A DNA stretch of 64,000 nt from Raillietiella orientalis (Eukaryota). Positions within the stretch are counted from its first letter, which is position 1, and every line of letters begins with the position of its first letter. The stretch lies in NCBI GenBank assembly GCA_036172245.1, contig JAYWIR010000017.1:2666001-2730000 (forward strand), read 5' to 3'. Position numbers and translations under genes: made by a program. Positions 54,201 to 64,000 of this stretch are shown one piece after another. Below the pieces are notes generated by a model, which had not been told where the DNA came from, did not search any database, and was given only the letters and a program-made list of their open reading frames with translations.

Positions 54201-57200
54201 TTTCTTTTAAAATGGATGAGGAATTAAACAGTGCATATTAATAACCATAATTATCGTACAGCGCAAAATTCATGTCGGTAGAATCGCACAATTTTGTTAA
54301 AATGTAGCTAAATCACGCATAATGTCCATGATCTTCAAATGTCCAACGAGCAGCGTTTTTCAAAAAGGCTTTACAAAAAGCTGCAGGAAGCATGCTTTTA
54401 GCCTGTTCATTCTCAAGTAGAAAATTAGAAGCGAAATTCCAGCCTTTCATCCATATAACTTTTAAATAGGATCAGCGTGCTTAGCAGATAACCACTTCAA
54501 ACGAGCCTATTCATGGTTTTCTTGTATGCTTAGAGCTTCCAAATGAGATCGAAAACGAATTCTCTCTTTATAGCAAATTAAATTTGCTTAAAATTCAATG
54601 CCTGTTCTCTCCAGTAGGAAATGGCAAACTGGATTCTTCTTCCTTTGATTTTTTCTTTCTGCCTTATTAACAGTCTTGCAATTTTCTATTTAGCATACTG
54701 TTTTCATCCTCACTGTATAATTTGCCTATATAGATAGGATAGAATACACGGAAATTCACGTATGACAGAACGTAGGAATGTTGCGAAGGCTTCCGTTTCG
54801 ACCTTTAAATTCGATCCTTCGGAGTATCCTTCGCGCAAAATGAATTCAGACACCTTTGAATCACTTCAGCATAGCTATTTCTTTGATACGAAGGAACACA
54901 CATCTACTTTCGAGAGATTCATCTCTCCTGACTGTTGCTGGCATTTCATCAATCGCAAAAGTCCAAATTATTGGTGCTTCACTTGAGAATGAACAACTTT
55001 TCACATTCGCTACAGAAAATACAACAGACAGAAACATGGAAAAAATGGATATCTTGATGCAAGCACATACAGTTTTATTATGGAGACAGTGTACTGAGAT
55101 ATCCTATCGTTAACTGTAATGAATCCTGAGACAGCAATGTCACAGTGTTCGTTGCCATGTCTATGTAATGAATTTTTTTTTGTGAAAACATGTGTGCTTT
55201 TTACATTCTAACATAACTTGCAATTTCTTCACCACGAGTTGGTAAAGCTGTAGTTTTCACGTGAAGGAGCAAATGCAATGCTGATGTTATTGGTTAGGCA
55301 CCATTTTAGTGTCACGGGACTAGTCGAAAGTCGAGAACACAAGACGGCTGAAGGAAAAATCTGCACCGCAGAGCATGTTGTCGCAGCGCGCGCAGAAATT
55401 TTCGGTACTCCTCTTGCACATCGACTGTTTGTTGGTTGCCGTATTCGGCATCCGTCCAACACATGCAAGGAGAGAGAAAGAAAAACCATTCTACCATTGA
55501 GGTGGGAATTGGTGCACTGCAGATTCGACTCGGGGTGGAGTACTTCTTTGAAATCTGATGAAGCATCCAGTGATCAACAACACGTGAGGAGAATACAAAG
55601 ACACACAGATCATACCGCTGTTAAGGGAGGCATGCGTTCCGAGGAAACAGCTCCATGACAAGCGCATGTTGGTGGTACAACTGCCAAGGATAACGCAAAA
55701 AAAAGATGACACTAAATTTTCGAAGTTTGGGTCATGATCAGTGAGAAACACACTTAACGGGTGAAGACTCATTTAAAGAATAAATCAAGTAAAAAAGATG
55801 GATGGAAAAATAAACAAGTAAAACCATCATTCGGTGTAGCTAATCAAGCTATCTATGTATGGATCGGGTAATGGATCCATTCCCCGAAAAGAAATGAATT
55901 CATTAACCGAAAAGAAAATAACAGATCTGCTGTCTTTCATTTTCCGAGTCTGCTTTTTCTTCTCTTACAAAATAAGTTTGTATCACCTAGTTTTCTTTCA
56001 ATGTGTGGGTTTACCTTGGACGTCATTTTCTACCAGCAATCAGCTGCTGCAACGCATGCTGATAATTCTTCATAGAAGTGTCAGCATTCGGGGAATGCTC
56101 TATTTTCTTCTCTCTCTCTGAGCAACATACTCAAACGATCCTTACAATCTATGTTTACGGTGACGACTTTTTTCCTCAAGGTTTCATCACAACAAAATAT
56201 TCACCATGATATATAGAGAGTGGTTTCGATTCTCCTGAAATACAGTTCTCAAGTTATCTGGACTTTGATTGTCCCTCCTCCCTCCCCCTTTCCAACGAAA
56301 AGATGTACGTGACTAAAAATAGTTTACTTGATTACACTTCAGAAAAATATTGATGAAATTTTTCGTGTTCAGGCTGCTGTTAATCTTCAGTATTCAGCTA
56401 TTATGAATGGATATTATTTCATTTAATTTTATTCTCTTTTAGGTTTACGAGGAACTTTTAAAACGAAGAGAGTCGAAAAAGGTAATCAAGACCTACAATG
56501 CAATCGGAAAGACCTTGATACTTTATGAATTTGTTTATCACACAGAATGGCTTGGTCATTTGCCATATATTACAGGTTCAATAACGGTGAGTATGACAAC
56601 TTCATAAGTTAACTAAAAGCAAACAAAAGACTCAAACAGAACATATACGGAGGGTAAAAATCGAACATAACAAAACATTTTGAAGTCACGAACAGTATTA
56701 GCCTCAAACAATTTCAAAAGAGAAGCCATTTACAATTAATGAGAAATATGTGTATGATCCTTAATGATAAAGAGAGTCTACAAATTTGCGATGATTGCCT
56801 TGGGTTTCTTCAGTTCTTTCTGTTCAGTTCTTTAAGCGGTTGCAACTATCAAGCTTCAGAGAATTAATGCTTCCTATTAGTTCATTTCTTTATGGGTACT
56901 GCTCATTTTGCAAATCCACTCCGTTTATTAAAGGATTTGATTTTGTTGGATGTCAAGTTGATTTGAATATTGGACTATAAGTATTTTAATTATTTCATGT
57001 TGTCGTTGATTCCACTTGTAGGTTCGCGTACTTCACTTGATTAAATAAATGCTCCATTTCTCGTTCTATGTCTTTTTTTTTTTTATGCTTTTGTCTTGTG
57101 AATTGACAAATTTCAAATTGTCAAATTTCTCGTTGCCTCAATGAAGCCTTTTGATTACAATTTCCCTCTGATTTACGAATTCCTGTCTTTGTAACTTATA

Positions 57201-60200
57201 CTCTTAGATTTCGAGTTTTTGCCGGATACGTTAAGAGTTTTGTCCACTTGTACTAAATTCAGTTTCAAATCCCGATGCAGGTTTGCTTGTTTGCCATTCA
57301 TTTTCAGACTTGTGCTTCGCTTTTACATTAAATCCAGAGTCTGCACTTTACACATATACCAGGTAACAGGATTTGCCCATCATTTATTACAAGTTTTCTA
57401 GCATACTTTTTTTTTTTTTTAAATACCAGAGAGCATCTGAATCCAAAAAAAGTAATCTGAGAATCTTTTCTAAAAATGTGCTTTAATTCATTTTTATAAA
57501 CTACGATTGGAATTTTTCTTTTCATCATTCGGTACTTCTCTATTTCCTTAATTCTTCTAATTAATTTATGCAACTTGCAATTCATTCCTTTTTTTTTTTT
57601 TTGCTTCATACCAATTTTAAAGATCATTGTAAGTACTATTTTCTTGAAAACCGCTGGGCAAGTGAAGCACGCAGAAAACGGTGAAGCAAGCAGTAAACTT
57701 TAACGTAATCTTTCTTTAAATAATGATTAAAGCATACCATAAATTAAAGAAGTTGAGGGGAATTATGTTCCTATTCAAGAGTGCTTATTTTGTCCTGTGA
57801 ACATGTTCATGCACTCAAGTTTATCGGAGTCATGCCTCCTTTCTGAGTTTTTACAAATCATCGTCCCTCGTTAAAGCTTCTCTCCCATCTCTCATTTGAG
57901 CGATCCTTCCCTCAAAGAAATTCGCGAAATTCGTGACTCAAATTAAGAGTAAGTACACGCAAATTAACAAATTAATAAACGTTTTCCTGCACCTTTCCTT
58001 TGATTAAGTGTAAGCGTGACCGTTTTTCCTTTGGTAAGCAAAATCAATCATAACAAAACGTAACTTAAAACAAATTCGATGGCCTCTGTGAAGGATCAAG
58101 TTGGGACATCTAGGAAAACGAAAATGCACAGCAAAATCGTTTTTAAAGTCTGGTCGACTTTTTCCTCTGTTTCGTTTTCGTTCTGAATACAGTTGAAATG
58201 AAGCTTCCTTGGCAGAGAGGTGCATGAAAAGAAACGGAAGTATGTGGCGCTTCTTCAGTCTGCGAGTAAACCGGAAAATGTGCTCTGTTCAAAATTCCTC
58301 AGCGCTCAAATTTTGGAAATTTTCATCCGCATTCTCGAATCGCGTCTTCCATCGAGTGAGTGTTTCTTGCAAAAGATTTGGCGGTGGTGAGTCGGCGTCA
58401 ACGTAGAGCTGATACGAAAGCACGGATCCTCAAAGAGTGGCAGAAAAAGTGTCTCATTTGAAGCACTGTCGTTTCTGCAACTCGGGTTCAACGACTCAGT
58501 TTGATCATCCAGAAGGGTTTTGACCCGTGTTTGAGTGCGATTAAGTGGTTGTGTTTACGGTTTTCACCAGAGTTGCCAAATCCAGAAGGGAAGAGCCAGG
58601 AATCTCTGAAACACAGACACCAACCACCTGTACATCAACCGTTGTCTTCTATTTTCTTGAAAAGTGCTGAGAATTGTATTCGTGATTCTTGATCAGGAGC
58701 CTTTGTTGTGCTCGTCACTCCCTTCAAGAAGCAAAACAAGACAAAGAAGTAGTTTCCCTTTCGCTTTCAAGTTTCATCATGAACGAATTGATCATACACA
58801 GCAATCGACCACACGGCTCTACATCGGTGCTGTTGTTGCGCTGAACTCTTGAAAACGAATTCACGTTCATTGGAACTACCTTCCGCTAGACAATCCATGT
58901 TTCCTTTCTCACAAAACTGTCGGAAGCGATATTTTGGGAGGAAATTTTCTCTCGTCTTGGAGCAATATACTTGGAGCAACAGTTGTATTCATCAAAAAAG
59001 GCTTCGGAAGAGTTCCCCTTCCTATATTGCTCGCTTTCTTCAGCAGAGGAGCAGTAACGTTAAGGGTTGATGGCCAATACAGATTTTCCCACGAAAGTGC
59101 AGCCGTATCTGATAGAAAATAGAATGCATCCCGCAGAGTGCATTCTATTTCTTCTACTTTCTTATGATTTTCTTTACACTTTCCGTTCTCGAATGCCAAG
59201 AGAACAAGGGGGGGGGGGGAAGGAAAATTCTTTCATTTTTTGTCGATAAATCGGATCCATGATTGTCGTCAACATCGTACTAGCCGAATACTGTTCTTGT
59301 ACGTGTTCGGCTAGTACGATGTTGTACAAGAACCGTGTAGCATGTCTTTTTGCCCTTCGCCAATACTCTCAAGGGTCACTGAAGAAAATAGAGGATATTC
59401 TATCGCTTTTTGAAACTTGCTGTTCTATCGATCGAACAGTCACCCCTACACATTGAAAAGCAACAGCAGCAACAAAAGCCTGCATAATTCATGGTATGAA
59501 GTTTAGAATTATTTCCCCCCGTGCTCCAATAACCTTTCCCAAAGTTTGCCATCTTTGAGCTTCCCTCTGGGATTTTTTTGCGTCCCCAGTTTGAAAATCA
59601 CTCATCTAGTTTGTACATCGAGCTCGCTCTGACCCTATGCATCATATCTGTTGACAATGTTTCTTTCTCCAAGCAATCTTTTTGGAACTATGCATGCTTT
59701 TTCCGATGATGCATCGGTTTCTGAAAACCTCTGTAATATGCTTCGAAGTATTGTCGTTGTGTCAGCCACAGCTCAGCCATCTGTAGCGAAATGAAGACTT
59801 TTCCTGCACTTTTTTCCATCTCGAGACCGGGAATAAGATGCAAGGTGCGAGATCACAAAAGCACAGGGACATTCGGCACAACACGTCCGAACTCGTTTTG
59901 GGGAGAACGGGTTGCTCATGGCGGGAGAGGGTATCGTGGACGGAAGCCGAAAGTATCTGCTATCGAGAAGCATGGACCGGGACATAACTCGCGAAAGAAG
60001 CAAATTTTTACATCTGAAACGTGTCCATGTTTTCCTGCTTATTGTAGTGCATGAGGAAAGATCCTTGGTAACAAAAACACATGAGTGCTATCTCTGCGGA
60101 GAAACATTTCGAAGAGAACTGCATCACGGAGGGATATTAACTGATCAGAATTAGAACCAAAATTAGAGCAGGATTGATATTCCCTCATGATTCTGGCATC

Positions 60201-62979
60201 GTCCAAAGAACAAGCGCATCTGTATTTTTAACTGTAAAACGGAGGCTGCGTGTTGAGGTCAGTCAAATTCATACGCTAATGCTCGAAAAGCATGGGCACC
60301 ATATTTTGTTTAACATTCGAAAGCAAACACAAATAGTTAAGAATAAGCGAAAAAGTATCATTTTTCGAACATTTGTAAGTATTTCCCCGTTTTATAAATT
60401 ATGCAACGTTCGATATTTTATATATATACATATATATATATAATTATAATTATAATACCACAATGCTGTTGTTGTTTACGCAGATAATTTGTGGACTGTA
60501 GCTCTCAATCAGTTATAAATATTATTCCTGTTATAGACTATGCAGTGATTGCACCAACATTGTGGTCCGAATTCGAATCCTCAAACTTGGAATGTGTTCC
60601 TTCTTTTCCAGCTTTGGACTTTAGAAGCAACCTTTATTCGGATATGCCTCCCTGATTCTGTTTTTTTTTTTTTTTTTGCGTGCGTGTTTATAACATCGAA
60701 TGAATGTATTCACAAGTGAACTATGATGATGAACTATGATGAATCTTCGCCCCCAGTCCCCCTTTCAGCACCCCCCATTTTGCATGTATTTGGTGGAGAA
60801 TTTTTCATCGGATGAAATCCATTTTCGAACTATGGGGGTGTGCTGCCCTCACAGCAACCTCGGTGCGTTTGCAAACTCTTGCGTTGTCCGTCCGTAGTGA
60901 AACCCATTAACGTGAAATTACTCAAGTGCCTGTATCCCTTTTGGATTTTTTCCGGATTCACTGGAAAATCGAATAATTTGTCGGGGGTGTTCGAAAACAA
61001 TTCTTTCAGGGAGATGCTTTTTGACCTTCCGAAACTCATGAGTGGGTTACCGAATTTTCTGAATTGCATACTCCTTGCATTCGGCAATCAACTGTTTAGG
61101 AATCGTTTCTTTCTTTCTTGCAAAGATTTCGCAGAGAATTCCCTGCAGGGAGTTCGGTACAATCTGATTTCCATGTTTCTCCAATGTTTTGCCTGTAATG
61201 AGATTTCCTTTTCCTACGGTAGCATCCAGAGGATGTATAGTGTCTTCACATCATTAATGAGCTCAGTGCATGCTCTTCAGCGTTTTCGATTTCTTGTAAA
61301 CTCAGTATGATCACATTTCTAAACTTGCAACTGGAATGAATCAGATAGCTTGTTCTTTATTAGTCCATGTTAATACAGCAATGCATTATCTGTGAACCCC
61401 GTATTAGACAAGGCATTTTCTTAGGCGCCGATATTGTACCAGCATCCAATTTCGAAGGATTTCGTCATTAATTACGATCCTTACATCGATGAGTTCTGTC
61501 GAGAGATTGACTGCATCAAAAAGCTGCACCTTCCCCTTCCTGAATACGGGAAATTTCTGAATTTTTTCAAACGTGAACTGAACTGGAGACATTATTGTGT
61601 TCAGGAGCTAATGGACAAGAAGAAGCGCGTGCTAGCCGGAATTCTACCTGTTTTCAGACCACTGTTGGAAACGAGTGTGAAAAAGGTCCACGACGCGTTT
61701 ATTCCCCTCGCCACCAAACTATGCTGGTGTTCGAGTCAAGTCTCCGATTTCGTTCGAACCATCGACCACAGTCTAGAAAGTTTCCACGAACTGATTAAAC
61801 AGGTGAGTCTTCCGGATACCACCAGTTTTCCAACTCGAACTTTTTCAAAAGATCAGCGATGTGAAACAGACGAGAATAGATTCGACTTTAGATGACATTG
61901 CAACCACTTCTCTTTTCGTGCTGCCTCCTGATAATGTTGTATGGGAATTGCGTCAGTTTTTGAACAATACGGACACGCATTTAAAATTGCTGGGGATTTC
62001 ACTAGAAACGAAATCCAAAAAGGCAGAAGCCGCGGTAGAGGAACTGATTGATCTGTTCATATCCAAAGCAGAGCTTCCTATCGAATCCAAGATTTTGAGA
62101 CACGATTGGAGAGGACTCGTTCAGAAGAAGACTCAAAAGGAAATCAGTAGAGGCAATTTGTTTTGAGATAATAGGATACTGCCGCCGCTAATTTCTTCAT
62201 GCTTTCCGTTATCCGATGGTATTTATTTTCAGGAAGCGAGACTACTGAAATGGACTCAATGGAAATAAAAACTCCGGAAGATGAGTTAGAAGAGGCAGAA
62301 GAAGAAGAGGAACCGATTCTTCCCGAAGAAGAGCAGATGATATGGAATGAAGAAGTTAGGGCGTTTCGTGAAAATTGCCAAATATTGTATTCCACAGTAT
62401 CTCAAAGACTTAGTGAATCCTTGATACGATGCACAAGAAATAGTTTAGAATCTTTAAGAAAACGACTCTTCTTGCAAATGTATGGCAACCTGCCCTCTAT
62501 AAATTTGTTTTCACGTTTGAACTTCTTTTGAAGACTTCCTGTGAATCAAGTCGATTCGAGAAACTTGGGCAAGGAATCCGATACGAGCCCATGCATACAA
62601 ACGGAAATAATTCTGAAAATTCCGCACATTTGCTTGCAGCCTTCTTTGGATGAAATTCAGCAAACTATGCAGAAAGTCGCGCAAATGATAGTGGCAGTAA
62701 ACCAACATGTGTCGCTGTGGGACCATTCGAAACCCCAGATATCTAAATCAAAACGAACCGTCACTTTGGATACGCTACTTGGTAATTGGAAATAACAGAG
62801 AGTATTGGAAGTAAAATCCTTGTTTCCCTATCCAAGGACAACCTTTTGATTTCAAATCTCCACTGTTTTCCAACAGTTTCCTGAAAATTGTTGCAGAAAA
62901 CAAAGATGTTGGAAAAGCTTGCAGCACTATCACAGGAGCAGTACTGTCGAACAAAGCAGCTGTTAATGAAATTTTGAAG
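42296..62979 (+). CDS. DNAH5: Axonemal outer-arm dynein heavy chain, DNAH5/DNAH8-like; N-terminal tail (DHC_N1) only, gene continues past the window
   Basis: Exons 42296-42382, 42439-42661, 47506-47669, 49022-49211, 49255-49424, 49678-49854, 50714-50935, 51506-51754, 51797-52071, 53953-54166, 56443-56586, 61425-61803, 61852-about 62152, 62233-62479, 62534-62781, 62836-62979. Motifs: ESNQIRRETEEVGPWSELEYWK, NEASDNVKYL, SRYYNSSERITSMFIKVTNQ, FSEMYIFGKF, KKKPYDVLDERKMDFDVDF, PPLAKNFPPLCGRVIWSR, VINYDP, QPSLDEIQ, IVAENKDV. DNAH5 versus DNAH8 cannot be resolved in an invertebrate. Confidence 0.9.
46097..46189. repeat. Inverted repeat / hairpin in a dynein intron
   Basis: Arm 46107-46129 (aaacaacagtaattacatgatga) pairs with 46158-46180 with one mismatch. 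The 28-nt loop carries a second partial complementary copy. Confidence 0.7.
52882..61243 (-). CDS. Putative unrecognised multi-exon gene antisense to, and interleaved with, the dynein gene
   Basis: Phase-consistent exon chains: 61243-61051, 61002-60922, 60877-60853 (introns 48 and 44 nt); 60140-60081, 60034-60012, then from 59959 (introns 46 and 52 nt). Further exon-like units at about 59190-58770, 55680-55312 and 53156-53059 (long pyrimidine acceptor, gtgagg donor). Confidence 0.45.
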
Positions 62980-64000
62980 GTAATCATTTAGAGCTTCTAG
63001 GCTAGGTGTCATCCGAACCTGGTTTGACTGCAATGATCGATTTGATGATTTATTCGAAGATAACTGAGAGCGTAAAGTAGAACCCTCAGGCCTCTCGTTG
63101 TTATTCTGAAAAGAAAAGTCAGCTGGGCATTTGTCGAAAAATTCCACTTGGTGCAACGATGATTCGCAGAGTTGGGACTTTGGGTCATCGTACTTGGCAT
63201 GTGGTCCTCGTCATTGTTTGCGTGCCCGAAAGAACAGAATCGAACAGCCGGATTTTGGATGTTGCACGGTTTCTGGCGTATAGAAAAACGAGGTACAGAG
63301 AATAGGATACTCTGCGTGCTGTTGCATCTTTTTTTCGTTCTTTAGTATCCGTCATAAAGTGATCATAAATCATGTCCACTTCTCAGCTCGGTGTTAATTT
63401 ATATTCCAAAAGCTGTCTGAGGACCCGATTAGCAAAGTTTCGATTATTGGGTATTTAAGATGAGACTTTGTTAATCAAGGAGATTTTCTTCCTCATCATC
63501 TTGCCTTTCGTGAATTTTTGTATTCGTTTCTGCAGGATCGTGACTGCCGTCGTCTCTCTGTTTGAAAAACACAAAAAACAAATAAGCGGCTCTTTTGTTT
63601 CGTCTGATTAGGTTTCTTTAGAATAACGTAAAAAGAAACAACAACAGCAACAACAACAACAAAAAATTGAGCATCATGAAGTCAACATTTTCAATGAGAC
63701 GGAGAAAATCAATGCGTAGGTCATAGGAACTTTTGAATTTCGTGGCTATTCCACGTGGCGATTCAAGTTTCCAGGAAATTAACACTTCGACCTGTAACTG
63801 GATTTTTCCGATCCATTCTGGATGGATAGCCCAAAGAGTTCCACAATGAGATCCGCAAATCTGGGGAAACCCATTGATGAACAATGGAAGGAAGTATCAG
63901 GAGAAGGATTTAAGAATGGTATCGGTGATAGGGAAAATCGCGATGAAAAGGCATCATCTTTTAGGTGGTGCTTTTGTATATTTTTTTCATGTTAGAAAAA

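Noticed and set aside
60840..61310. 156-aa plus-strand ORF as a dynein exon
   Set aside because: No dynein similarity; the dynein frame joins 56586 directly to 61425. Better explained as the shadow of minus-strand exons.
1..64000. Prokaryotic systems (CRISPR arrays, operons, defence islands), rRNA or tRNA genes
   Set aside because: All recognisable genes are intron-containing animal genes. No regularly spaced repeats or recognisable structural RNA genes were seen.

Overview
Eukaryotic (animal, probably arthropod) genomic DNA with no prokaryotic features. Four conserved genes can be reconstructed exon by exon: TTC7 (+, 17757-20996), a full-length Dicer-2-type RNase III with an intact helicase (+, 22818-30790), atlastin (-, 33241-30957) and the 5' part of an outer-arm axonemal dynein heavy chain (DNAH5/8-like, +, about 42296-62979, continuing beyond the window). 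A dead, 5'-truncated L1/Tx1-like LINE (-, about 37720-40290) lies just upstream of an RFX X-box at the probable dynein promoter. The most notable observations are: (1) a mini-intron splicing grammar, with about two thirds of hand-mapped introns 36-56 nt, at least four GC-AG introns and many AAG acceptors; (2) an unrecognised multi-exon gene on the minus strand whose exons appear threaded through the dynein introns; (3) a large GC-rich orphan gene (-) in the first 16.6 kb that only becomes readable once mini-introns are assumed; (4) back-to-back poly(A) signals predicting 3' overlap of the Dicer-2 and atlastin transcripts. All models were built by eye without database searches or RNA data, so the orphan models are provisional.
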